A DNA stretch of 39,644 bases, taken from Octopus bimaculoides (Eukaryota). The notes beneath the pieces were generated by a model. The model worked only from the letters and a program-made list of their open reading frames with translations, searched no databases and was not told the DNA's origin. Each line of letters opens with the position of its first letter. Within the stretch, counting starts at the first letter, position 1. Shown here piece after piece: positions 21,278-32,600 of the stretch. The DNA lies in the NCBI RefSeq assembly GCF_001194135.2, contig NC_068991.1, forward strand, positions 61,482,463 through 61,522,106. The letters are read 5' to 3'. The translations under genes and the position numbers were made by a program.

Positions 21278-22195
21278 AGGCAGGCAGTTGGCAGTGCCAT
21301 TAGTATGCCTGACTAAATGCTTGGTGGTATTCCATCTGTCTTTATGTTCTGAGTTCAAATACTGCTGAGGTCGACTTTGCCTTTCATACTTTCAAGCTTT
21401 ATAAATTAAGTACCAGTTGCATACTTAACCTGCTCTTTGAAATTTCTGGACTTGTGCCAAAATTTGAAATCATTATTTACAGCTCTAACTAAGGTGGTGA
21501 ACTGGCAGAGCCATTAGTATGCTGAGCAAATTGCTTAGAGGCATTTTGTCTGTCTTTACGCTCTGCAGTCAAAATTTCACCAAGGTCAACTTTGCCGTTC
21601 CTCCTTTTCAGGGTCGATAAAAGAAGTACCAGTTGTGTACTGGGTTGAAGTAATTGACTTATTCCCTCCCTGAAAATTGCTGGTTTTCTGCCAAAATTTG
21701 AAACCTATTATCTATAGGTTAAATTCAAATTACGACAAACGTAAACAAACAAACAAAGTTTGCTTTTAGAAGCATTGAGATGTCTTAGAAAGTTAAAGAA
21801 GTGATTTTAAATTCTCAATCGCAGGATAATGCTAATAATATAGCCTGAACAGGATAAACTGCCCCTATTTTGCAGAAAAAAGCTTTAACTAAGGCTGTGA
21901 ATGGGTCAGTTCATTAGTACACTGGACAAAAAGCTTGGAAGCATTTCCTCTGTTTTTATGTTCTCAATTCAAAATTCTGCCATGGTCAACTTAGCCTTTC
22001 ATCCTTTCGGAGTCGACAAAATAACGACCAGTAGAGCACTTAACTTAATCCCTCCCTCAAAATTGCTGGCTTTGTGCCAAAATTTGAAACCCATAATTTA
22101 TAGCTCTAAGGCTGTGAGCGGGCAGGTTCGTCAGCTTACTGGACAAAATGCTGAGCCTTTAATCCCTTTTGGGATGAAATTTGAAACCCATTTTT
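21278..22195 (+). mobile_element. Four head-to-tail SINE family A copies (~21278-21470, ~21490-21710, ~21890-22100, internally deleted ~22105-22195)
   Basis: Repeated (ct)aaggY(g)gtga.ctggcag head and gtgccaaaatttgaaac tail. Confidence 0.82.
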
Positions 22196-22200
22196 TATAA

Positions 22201-22592
22201 CGTGAAGTATATTTGCCACTTAAATGTGGCTAAACCCTAAGGGTGAATGTTACTGTTGCTTTTAACCCTAGGAGAACATCTCCTCCAGCTGGCTATTGAC
22301 ACACATCTGTGTCCTGTCTGTATTTGGAAAAAGTATATAATGTATTTGCATTGGGACGTCTTCGCATCGAAGATCAGTGATTGTCGTACACTGACGAAGG
22401 ATAAATACCCAGAAACTCGAGTCCGTGCGTATCGCAGATCAAGATGGGAAGGATGACTTCCCTTTGCAAATACAGACAGGACACAGATGTGTGTCAATAG
22501 CCAGCTGGAGGAGATGTTCTCCTGGGGTTACAAGCAACAGTAACGTTTACCCTTAGGGTTTAGCCACATTTAAGTGGCAAATATACTTTACG
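22201..22592. repeat. Hairpin element: 130-bp inverted arms (22201-22330 / 22463-22592) around a 132-bp spacer
   Basis: cgtgaagtatatttgccacttaaatgtggctaaaccctaaggg..gtcctgtctgtatttggaaa is the near-perfect reverse complement of tttgcaaatacagacaggac..cccttagggtttagccacatttaagtggcaaatatactttacg. Confidence 0.95.
22385..22429 (+). ncRNA. Minimal type I hammerhead ribozyme motif (degenerate stems)
   Basis: cgtaca CTGACGA aggataaataccca GAAA C tcga G TC cgtgcg. The catalytic core is complete, stem III has a palindromic TCGA loop and the triplet is GUC. Stem I pairs at 5 of 6 positions. Stem II is imperfect (restorable to agggt-aaat-accct by two changes). Confidence 0.62.
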
Positions 22593-22909
22593 CGTTCAGA
22601 GATTTAACATTCCATTTTTTGTAGTTTTTACCAAATCAAGTTCAACTGTTAAAAACATTTTATTTCATTTCTCTCAACATTTCTTAATTCTTTTCACATA
22701 AACAATGTTTCAACACTAGAGAGATTCAAAGAATTGCTTTGGCCCAATGAAAGAACATCTGTTATGTTTACTGAAGAAGTGAAATCAAGTTCCACAGACA
22801 GCTTTTTCTATCAAAAAGAGTTCCTTTTTTTTTACATAATATTTATATGCTATTCTTTATAGCATTATCTACTTCAAGTTCCACCATTAAAAACAAATTA
22901 TATACAGGA

Positions 22910-23265
22910 GTGAAGGCACATGGCTCAGTGGTTAGAGTGTCAGGCTCACAGTTATGAGGTAGTGAGTTCAATGCCTGGCCCAGGCTATGTGTTGCATTCT
23001 TGAGCAAGATACTTTATTTCATATTATTCTAGTTCACTCAGTTGTAGAAATGAGTTGTGACATCACTGGTGCCAAACTGAATCAGCCTTTACCTTTCAAT
23101 TGGATAGAATCGGTGGCGTGAAAAAGAGAGAGAGGCTGATATGTATGGGTGGGTGACTGCTGGTCTTCCATGAACAACCTTGCCCGGACTTGTGCCTCGG
23201 AGGGGAACTTTCTAGGTGCAATCTCATGGTCATTCATGACCAAAGGAAGTCTTTACCTTTTACTC
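22910..23265 (+). mobile_element. tRNA-headed SINE family D, full length
   Basis: ggcacatggctcagtggttagagtgtcagg..gagttcaatgcc (A/B boxes), core ttcttgagcaagatac, tail catgaccaaaggaagtcttta. Confidence 0.88.
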
Positions 23266-23514
23266 TTTCACCTGTAGACAGGAACAAAAAAATATTGACT
23301 TAAACAAAAGAAAAAAAAAAAGACAAGAGATGAATAAGAAAAAAGAAACACCAATTTAATATTATGATTTTTATTAATATCATTATCATTACATTAACAA
23401 ATTGGGGTGTGTGTTGCATTCAATGTGTGTATAAAGTATGTAGTTTGTTTTAATTTTTCTTGTCCAGATGCTATCAAATGTTCCGGTTAAATTCCCATTG
23501 TTTAAAGTATTTTG

Positions 23515-23590
23515 TTGGGCTGTTGGTCATAGCCATAGTCATAGTAATAATCATAATTATAGTCATAGTCATAATCATAATTATAGTCAA
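23515..23590. repeat. (CATAGT)/(CATAAT) hexamer repeat
   Basis: Direct reading. Confidence 0.85.
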
Positions 23591-23764
23591 ACTCATACAC
23601 ACATATACACAACACTCACAGGTGCACACATGCATATGGGCATCCACACACACACACACAAACTCCTTGAAGATTTACAGATATATTTGATACAAACCTG
23701 CTCTTACCAAACTGCGAAACTACAGTTTATTTTGCAATGCCTGCACAGATGCATATATTGCTTT

Positions 23765-23776
23765 ATACATATAGAT

Positions 23777-23815
<39 letters not shown>

Positions 23816-24089
23816 TACATACATACATGTATATATATATATATACATATATACATACATACATGTATATATATATATATACNNNNNNNNNNNNNNNNNN
23901 NNNNNNNNNNNNNNNNNNNNNNNNNNNNNNNNNNNNNNNNNNNNNNNNNNNNNNNNNNNNNNNNNNNNNNNNNNNNNNNNNNNNNNNNNNNNNNNNNNNN
24001 NNNNNNNNNNNNNNNNNNNNNNNNNNNNNNNNNNNNNNNNNNNNNNNNNNNNNNNNNNNNNNNNNNNNNNNNNNNNNNNNNNNNNNNNN

Positions 24090-24131
<42 letters not shown>

Positions 24132-24490
24132 CATGTATATATATATATGTGTATATATATATATATACGCATACATATATATATATACACATACGTACAT
24201 ATATATACATACATATATATATATATACACACACATACATATATACATGTATACATACATACATATATATATATATATACACAAATACATATATACATGT
24301 ATACATACATATATATATGTAAGTATATACATATATATAAATATACTCATTTGCATGTATAAGCATGCATATATATGTGTGAGTGCACATGTATAGAAAC
24401 ATATACATCTAAACGTTTATACATATACACCTGTATAGATGTGTGTGCATATGTATATATATATACACACAGATACATATACACACCTCT
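23765..24490. repeat. Compound (TA)/(CATA)/(TG) microsatellite field with gap
   Basis: Direct reading; it accounts for all the long Y/I/H/T ORFs here. Confidence 0.95.
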
Positions 24491-24727
24491 TAATTTCATT
24501 CCTCCATGTCTTTTTTTTTGTCTTTTTCCATTTCTTTTCTGTTTGAGTTAATTCAAATTGCCCTCCTATTTGTCCATAGTCTTAAGTATGAGAGAATGAA
24601 AGAAAACCTCACACACACACAGATGCACGCACGCACACACACACATGGACACTCGTGCACACACTCATACACAAACACACCCTTGCATCTACACAATTTT
24701 GAATACAGAACAAATCAACGTGGACCA

Positions 24728-24923
24728 TTAACCTTTAACATTCAAACTGGCCCTATCTGGCCCATATATTCTAAGTTTTTTGGCTCAAATCACCCAGCCT
24801 CTCATGCCTACCTTACAATCACATCATCAAAATCTCGAAGTTATGAGATAATGCGTGATTGATTTAAAACAATGCGAATAAATAAACAAATTTGACAGAG
24901 TGATCAGAACGCTAAAGAGTTAA
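24728..24923. mobile_element. piggyBac-like MITE
   Basis: TTAA at both ends (24728-31, 24920-23) with terminal inverted repeats TTAAcc-tttaacattc / gaacgctaaagagTTAA. Confidence 0.7.
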
Positions 24924-25369
24924 ACCAAGAAATATATGTACATTATATTGAAGCATGAATACATGTGCATATACATACATATATATACATGTATAGATAT
25001 GTAAATATATATGCACATACTTACAAAAAACCCTGCAGACATACATACACGTAATCACCTAATTAAAGAAATACAGCATAAAGAGATATTTCACAATAAG
25101 TGTTTTCCACGTACACATACGCATACTTGCTTATATCTATAGACATTCAGTAACAAACACACAAATGTATGCACACACATACACCTACTTACATACATGC
25201 ATACATACATACGTACGTACATACATACATACATGCATACATACATACATACATACAAACATGCATACATACATACGTACATACATACATACATAGAAAT
25301 AAATCAACGTAAAATTGTAAGACACATGTTAATAATTTCAAGGTTGTTAAAAGACATTATCAACTAAAT

Positions 25370-25406
<37 letters not shown>

Positions 25407-25844
25407 TTGTGGGTATGTACATATATATTTCTCATATGTGTGTGTGTATACATGTATGAAAAAATATATATATATATATATATATGAATATACCTATGTA
25501 CNNNNNNNNNNNNNNNNNNNNNNNNNNNNNNNNNNNNNNNNNNNNNNNNNNNNNNNNNNNNNNNNNNNNNNNNNNNNNNNNNNNNNNNNNNNNNNNNNNN
25601 NNNNNNNNNNNNNNNNNNNNNNNNNNNNNNNNNNNNNNNNNNNNNNNNNNNNNNNNNNNNNNNNNNNNNNNNNNNNNNNNNNNNNNNNNNNNNNNNNNNN
25701 NNNNNNNNNNNNNNNNNNNNNNNNNNNNNNNNNNNNNATGCCACCATGAAAAGCAGATATTAAATGATGATGATGATGATTGATATATATATATGTATAT
25801 ATATATATTTATGTATATATATATATATATACATATGTAAAGTT

Positions 25845-27338
25845 ATGGTTCAAATTTACAGAAAACAAATGATTAAGACAGGTGAGGGAACAACAAGCAG
25901 GTGTATTAGTTTGATGCTCAGGAAGAATGGAAAAGTCTTTGACGTTTAGAGCCTATGCTCTTTGATAGAAAGAACAAAGAGGAAAAAAACGGATAGAGGA
26001 GAAAATGTGGACAGATTAACAGTTCAACACAATGAAATGACCAGAAGAAAGAGGTAGTGGAAGGGAGATAATAATGATGACCTGGCTGAACTAGAGAGCA
26101 CAAGCATGTGTGTGGATGTAAGTATGGTGGGTGTGAGTGAAGATGTGTGAATGGGGATGAGTGCATATAACTGTATGTGTGGGTGAGCTTAAAATTATGT
26201 GGGCCTGTGTGTATGTATGAAATCGTGTGTGTGTGTGTGCATGTGTATAAGTAACCTAGTGCAAACATTGTGTAGAGTGAAGTGCATTTGTGTGTGTGTT
26301 TGTGTGTGTGTGCATATGGATATGTGTATACATGTGTGAGGCTGTGTGTAGTACATGTATGAGAGGTGTGTGTGCATGTGTATAAGTAACCTAGTGCAAA
26401 CATTGTATAGAGTGAGGTGCATTTGCGTGTGTGCATATGGATATGTGTATACATGCATAAGGCTGCATGTAGTACGTGTGTGTGCATGTGCAAACACTTG
26501 TGTGTGCTTGTTCAAGTGGTGTGTGCATGTGTGTGTATGTGTTAGTGCTTGAAGTGTTTGTGTGTGAGTGATTGTATAGTGCGCATGTATTTTGTGTATG
26601 TTTATGCGCAGAAGTTGTATGTATTTATGCGTATTGTGTGCATGTGTATATTGTCTGTGCTCAGGTGTGTTGTGTGCAGATGCATTGTGTATTTTCTTAG
26701 GAGTGAATACTGTGTGTTGTGGGGGGAATGTATGGAGGTGTGAGGTGGGATGAGGTGACAAGAGTTAAGGGTTGGGAGGTATTGGGTGCAAGTGTGTGTG
26801 GAGTAGGAAGGTGTGTGTAAATGCATGTGCATGTGAGTGTGTGTAGGAGTGTCCATGATGGTGTGTGCGGCGGGTACTGGGAGATGTTGGGTGCTAGTGT
26901 ATGTTCATGTGAGTGTGTTTGTAATGGTGTGTGATGTGAGTACTGAGTTGAACAGTGTGTATAGGTGTTTGTATAATGGTGGTGTGGTGAGAGTACTGAG
27001 TTAGCTGGTGTACAGATATGGGGTGGAAAGGAAGTTAAAGGTGGGAGGTGTGTGGGAATATGTGTGGGTTGGTTTTAGATGAAGAGAGATGGTGAATTAA
27101 GGCCATAAGGAGCAAAGAAACGAAGGGAGAAGATTAATTCTTGTTTACGGCAGAGGCAGGGGTGGTTGTGGCCTCTGTGCAAAAACAGTTAAACAGTCCG
27201 AATGCAGACAGATGTTGTAGTGAATGACTGGTTGAGCAGAAGTAGCATGAGACTGAGGTGTCATTGCCAAGTCTGATGTCTCAGAGGTGCTCAGTGAAAC
27301 TGTTGGCTAAGCAGCATCCCATTTGACCAATGTACAAG

Positions 27339-27376
<38 letters not shown>

Positions 27377-27702
27377 AGGAGATGCAGTGACATTGTTAGA
27401 AGTGCAGGTAAAAGTGTTGGTGATGTGATAGGAGATGGGGGGGTACCAGTGAGGATAGGGGTGTTGGAGAGGAAAAGGCAGATGCAACAGCATATGCAAG
27501 AGCAGGGGAAGGAACCAGGTTGGGTGGCAAGGGCAGTTTGGATAAAGATGAGGAGATATCCATATACAGTGAAATGGCAAGCCATGTGTTGAGACTGGGT
27601 CTCAAAGACATGGTCATCACTTCACTGCAGATGCGGCACAGATGGAGGAACTGGGAGTAGGGGATGGACAGTTTAGTGTGGGTAGGGTGGGAGGAAGAGG
27701 TA
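25845..27702 (-). mobile_element. 5'-truncated Penelope-like retroelement (RT thumb, Cys linker, GIY-YIG endonuclease, long TG-rich 3' region, terminal repeat)
   Basis: On -: SHPTHTKLSIPYSQFLHLCRICS (thumb, cf. IPYSQFLRLRRICS), GSFPCSCICCCIC, HITNTFTCTSNNV, YIGQMGCCLANSFTEHL*DIRLGNDTSV..STSHSL, and a degenerate QELIFSL..APYGLN end at ~27075. Degenerate hammerhead-like terminus at ~25933-25972. Confidence 0.85.
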
Positions 27703-27748
27703 AATATATTTATGTATAAATAAACATATATGAATATATATGCATATA

Positions 27749-27798
<50 letters not shown>

Positions 27799-27928
27799 CT
27801 CCTAATTAATAAATAACTCGGACAAAATAAATTGGTTAATAGATACCAGGGTAGCAAAGATCACAAAATGACTGTGGTGTAACTCCTGTTTATGAGGTAG
27901 AAACTCCTTGTTATTTTGGGTACTTGAG

Positions 27929-28020
27929 TATATATAAATTTAGTGGAGTAAAATGCATATGTTAACTGCATATGCAGTTAACATATGCGTTTTACTCCAT
28001 TCACTAAATTTATATATATA
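27929..28020. repeat. Loopless palindrome: perfect 34 bp (27955-27988) inside a ~92-bp near-perfect hairpin
   Basis: gcatatgttaactgcat|atgcagttaacatatgc, extended by ggagtaaaa/ttttactcc and tatataaatttagtg/cactaaatttatata (one 4-nt bulge). Confidence 0.95.
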
Positions 28021-28508
28021 TATATGTATATGTATGTATAACCTATTTCCCTGCCAATCAATCTTTGAGACTTATGGCTATGACCTCCATTCTTCAGAAG
28101 CTGCTAACCACAATCCTGTATAAACCAGCCACATTCAAAAGTACCCTTGGCAACATCATCCTCTTGACTTCCGTCTCTTCACCACACTTTGGAGCGTTTT
28201 ATACTAAATTAACACATTATCAAATCTTTCGACCCATCCTACCACACACTTCATCTCCTTCAAGAAACTGTGTCGCTCCGCAGGACTTCCTGAAGATCAT
28301 TTGCTCACCATTCCTTCTTCTCCACCTCAACCACTGGCTTTCAAGAGTTCAAACTGGACCATTTTTAATAATTGCACCAGCTTCACCTTGTTAAGGCTAC
28401 ACCTTATTCATAGTTCTAGAACACACACACACACACACATGCATATCTATCTATCTATCTATATTAATGCACATATGCATACATACACAAACACACACAT
28501 ATATATAA

Positions 28509-28743
28509 AAGGCGTCGAGCTGGCAGAAACATTAGCACGCCGGGCGAAATGCTTAGCAGTATTTCATCTGCCGCTACAATCTGAGTTCGAATTCCGAAGA
28601 GGTCGACTTTGCCTTTCATCCTTTCGGGGTCGATTAAATAAGTACCAGTTACGCACTGGGGTCGATATAATCGACTTAATCCGTTTGTCTGTCCTTGTTT
28701 GTCCCCTCTGTGTGTAGCCCCTTGTGGGTAGTAAAGAAATAAT
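28509..28743 (+). mobile_element. Young full-length SINE family A
   Basis: ggcgtcgagctggcagaaacattagcacgccgggcgaaatgc..gggtagtaaagaaata; nearly identical to 14785-14997. Confidence 0.92.
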
Positions 28744-29136
28744 ACATATATATATATATAAAAACATATACATAGTGTTTTTTCGTCATTAGTAAGATTA
28801 TCCTCTGAATCAGGTACTGAATGTATGTAGGTTTTTATCATGATTATTTTAATCTAAACATCTTTTAGTTCTGTTTGTCATAGCAGAAACTTCCTCCTTA
28901 TAACACACACAAACACAAGTAGAAAATTGGATTCAGAGAATCAAGTAGAACTCACAGAAAGCACTCTTCCAAGGAATCAGCTATCAGTTAATAATGATTC
29001 TACTATGATGTGGTTTAACTTGTTCATGCAACCCAATATCTAAGATACCCATGTAGTAAATAATATTCATAATCTCTCATACTTCCTGATTTTGTGATTG
29101 TATATGTATACAGACAGATAGATAGATAGTAGATAG

Positions 29137-29173
<37 letters not shown>

Positions 29174-29465
29174 NNNNNNNNNNNNNNNNNNNNNNNNNNN
29201 NNNNNNNNNNNNNNNNNNNNNNNNNNNNNNNNNNNNNNNNNNNNNNNNNNNNNNNNNNNNNNNNNNNNNNNNNNNNNNNNNNNNNNNNNNNNNNNNNNNN
29301 NNNNNNNNNNNNNNNNNNNNNNNNNNNNNNNNNNNNNNNNNNNNNNNNNNNNNNNNNNNNNNNNNNNNNNNNNNNNNNNNNNNNNNNNNNNNNNNNNNNN
29401 NNNNNNNNNNNNNNNNNNNNNNNNNNNNNNNNNNNNNNNNNNNNNNNNNNNNNNNNNNNNNNNNN

Positions 29466-29496
<31 letters not shown>

Positions 29497-29988
29497 ACAC
29501 ATGTATTTTGGGAGTTTTTTTTTTTACATCCCTTTCACTAAGGTTTTCATGTAGTTGAATGGTACATTGGATGGAACAAGTGTTTTTATGGTTGGACGGT
29601 TGTGCCTTTTTCCCAAGGACCACTCAACTGTAACAATGTAAGGAGCAGAATATGTTGTCATTTCATTATATTTTCGTCAACCAGGCAAACTGGAGCAAGC
29701 AAAGTTATGTCCCTTGCTGAAGGATACAATTCACACAGACTAGCTGTATTGGCAAAGTCTGAACTCATAACCGGGGCCACTTTAACAGCAATATAGTCCC
29801 CACTACCAGCACCAACTTCCTGTTATGGACCCCATAACATACATAGATCAGAAATGCATCTCTAGACACATGAAGCCACATGGACAAATCAATTCACTTG
29901 ACCCTATAGCATTCATATACTGACAGAAAATCACAAGATAGGTACATTAGAATTGGGCCGCTAAGCAAATTAATGTACTGGACTCTAA

Positions 29989-30220
29989 GTACAAGGTGTG
30001 CCCCCAAAATTGATAACATTTGAAAAGTGAATATCTGCGTAACTACATGTCCTAGGCAAATGGAGTTCAATAAGCTTCATGTTGAATTAAAAGATTTATT
30101 TATTAACATTCAAACAAGATGCAGAAAGATGTAGATTTTATAACTGATTTCACAAAGATTCAAAAGTGATCAATATGCACATCGCCTGTGACATGACACA
30201 TGTCGAGTCAGCCTGGGGTT
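29989..30220. mobile_element. Possible Tc1/mariner terminal fragment
   Basis: Begins TAcaaggtgtgcccccaaaatt, a Tc1/mariner-like TIR after TA. No second TIR found. Confidence 0.4.
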
Positions 30221-30224
30221 ATAG

Positions 30225-30310
30225 TAGAAAACACTTGCCAAAGGTGCTACACAGTGGGACTGAACCTAAAACCATGTGGTTGCAAAGTAAGCTTCATTAA
30301 CCACACAGAC
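30225..30310 (-). mobile_element. SINE family B head
   Basis: ttatagtagaaaacacttgccaaaggtgctacacagtgggactgaacc..catgtggttgc. Confidence 0.75.
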
Positions 30311-30398
30311 ATTTTGGTAATTTTGCTGTAAATCTTTTTACAATTGCTTTCCAGAAAGAGGACTTCATTACTCATGTCTAAATTGACATTTAATAAAG

Positions 30399-30445
<47 letters not shown>

Positions 30446-31004
30446 TCCAGCTTGGCCAGCCTCGGGTAAGATGACCTAGTGAATAAAAAAGTGGGTTAAA
30501 TGACAGGTTCATATCAGCTTACCAATTTATACCCTCTAGACAAAAACAGGTACCAATGGGAGATGCACTTAACAATAATAAGCAGGAAGTAGTGTTTGGG
30601 TAATGGTGGGAGCACTAAGTAATTTACAAGTGCCTCATCACTTTGTAATACCAAGTTAATAGTTTCTTTTTGTTTTTCTTTATATTCAGAGGTAAGGAGA
30701 AAGAGAGTCAGAGAGAGAGCGAGAGAGACAGACAGACAGAGAGGCAGGCAGACAGGCAGATAACAGACCTATCAGTCACTTAGTACTACAAAGAGTGTGT
30801 TATGTAATGGTCTTTGATCTATATAGATATATAGATAATGAAACATTAAACAAATTGATAGGACATAGATCAATAACATCAGTTATTTATTAAAACTATA
30901 AATTAAGCCATGAAAGACATAACTTAATAAATAAAACCTATATCATCATTATCATCATCATCATCATCATTATTATTATTATTATTATTATAGTTAAGAT
31001 GATG

Positions 31005-31195
31005 AGCTGGTAGAATAGTCAGTATGCCAGACAAAATGCTTAGCAGCATTTCTTCTGAGCTCAACTTTACATTTTTCATCCCTTCAAGATTGATGGAATA
31101 TGTACCATTTGAGTACTTGGGGGTCAAATGTAATCAATTAACCGTCTCCCACTAAAATTGCTGGCCTTGTGCCAAAATTTGCAAGTTATTAATGT
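31005..31195 (+). mobile_element. SINE family A (degenerate)
   Basis: gagctggtagaatagtcagtatgccagacaaaatgcttagc..aaaattgctggccttgtgccaaaatttg. Confidence 0.75.
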
Positions 31196-31203
31196 TATTA
31201 TTA

Positions 31204-31741
31204 TTGAGTGAGAGAGCATCAAAGTGACACTGGGGTACAAATATATGAAACCCAATACACCCATCATGACTACTTGTCTGATAAGCGTACACCAGGTACA
31301 TGAATCACAACCATATGTGTGCGCCATGGTGATCTCATATCAAGATAAGCAGTGCATGACCTTGCAGGTGGGGCCCAGTCAGAATTTTCTTCAGGTCGAG
31401 TAGCCCATCCCATTCAAAATAAGTGTTGTTTAAAGATGTTGAACGAAATACTCGTGTTTCCAAAGGTGAATTATCCAAACCCCAAAGAATTCCTGTCAAT
31501 ACATGGCTATGATGTTCCCCCACTACTTCTGCTCATGATCAGAGATGCACATATCGTCAGCCACCAAGGGACATGCTCAACTGGTTAAGGTCGAATAACT
31601 GACAAGCAAATCTGTGGCATTGAGCAGAATATTTGCCGTAGCCCATTTTTTTATACCAAGACAAAACAATGTACATGATAACACTTCCAATCAGGTAAGA
31701 TCAGAACCCCTGAGAGCCACTGCCCGGTACTGCATCAGGGC

Positions 31742-31742
<1 letters not shown>
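31204..31742. mobile_element. Non-coding interspersed element embedded in an (ATT)n tract
   Basis: Complex ~540-bp block (gagtgagagagc..catcagggcat) with ATT repeats on both sides. It resembles a recurrent octopus repeat from memory; family not established. Confidence 0.5.
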
Positions 31743-31780
<38 letters not shown>

Positions 31781-31799
31781 TACTATCATCATCAGGGTG

Positions 31800-32045
31800 G
31801 TAGTTTGGCAGGTTTGTCAAAGTGTTGGGACAAATTGCTGCAAGGTATTTTCTCAGGCTCTTTCCATTCTGGAGTTCAAAACCCACCGAGGTCAACTTTG
31901 CCTTTTATTCCCCTGATCTTAGTCATGATGGCTAAAACAAACTTACTCATGTGCCCTAGGTGCCACAAAGTGGGACGGAACCCAGAGCCATGTGGTTGGG
32001 AAGCAAGTGTTTTTACAACACAGCCATGCCTGTGCCTATGCAGGA
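31800..32045. mobile_element. SINE A head (+, ~31800-31925) followed by SINE B head (-, ~31935-32045)
   Basis: tttggcagg..gagttcaaaacccaccgaggtcaactttgcc, then tgccctaggtgccacaaagtgggacggaaccc..catgtggttgggaagc. Confidence 0.7.
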
Positions 32046-32254
32046 AAAAAAAAAATTTATCTGACAATAGGGGTCATTTAACATTGACCACTATTGAAAT
32101 TTTTTGTATAGTAACAGCATGTGATTGGACGGTCTGAAAATAGTATTGTGTAAAGAAAGAAATTTTGAGGGACAGTGGTGGTGGTGGTGGTGGTGGTGAG
32201 TAGGAGATACAACAGGAGATAAAATAGAAGGGAGCTATCATATTGTATGAAATC

Positions 32255-32600
32255 AACATTAAAATAAAACAAAATAAAATACCATATTTTCAGGGATATC
32301 AGTTGAATTATCAGACCGAAATTTACAGCCAAATAAATGGTAGGTTGACTTATATAACTAAATCACTTTGGAGAAGCAAAATTCCATGTAGATTCCAAGC
32401 AGATAAAATTGAAGGGAGCTGCCTGCCACATTATATGAAATAAAAATAAATAAAATAAAATACCATATTTTCCGGAATATCAGTTGAATTTTTCAGACTA
32501 AAAATTTACAGCAAAACAAAGTTAGGTTGACTTATACACCTAGACGACTTCGTAGGAGCAAAATTCTATGTGAAAAGCAGCAGGATATGGAAAGATAGTA
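32255..32600 (+). repeat. Old tandem duplication, period ~181 bp, 2 copies
   Basis: accatattttc..atatcagttgaatt..aatttacagc..taggttgacttata..agcaaaattc.atgt occurs at 32281 and at 32462. Confidence 0.85.

Noticed and set aside
21901-22200. 99-aa ORF
   Set aside because: Entirely within SINE A copies.
23460-26860. Many long Y/I/H/T/C/V-rich ORFs (also 2863-3361, 10783-11900 left part, 38225-38830)
   Set aside because: Translations of dinucleotide microsatellites and N runs.
28883-29043. Short open frame after a tttgtcatAG acceptor-like site
   Set aside because: About 53 codons, no donor, no recognisable homology; not distinguishable from chance.
31690-31742. HDV-like ribozyme at the end of the ATT-embedded element
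   Set aside because: A P1-like pairing exists, but I could not build P2/P3/L3 or the catalytic J4/2.
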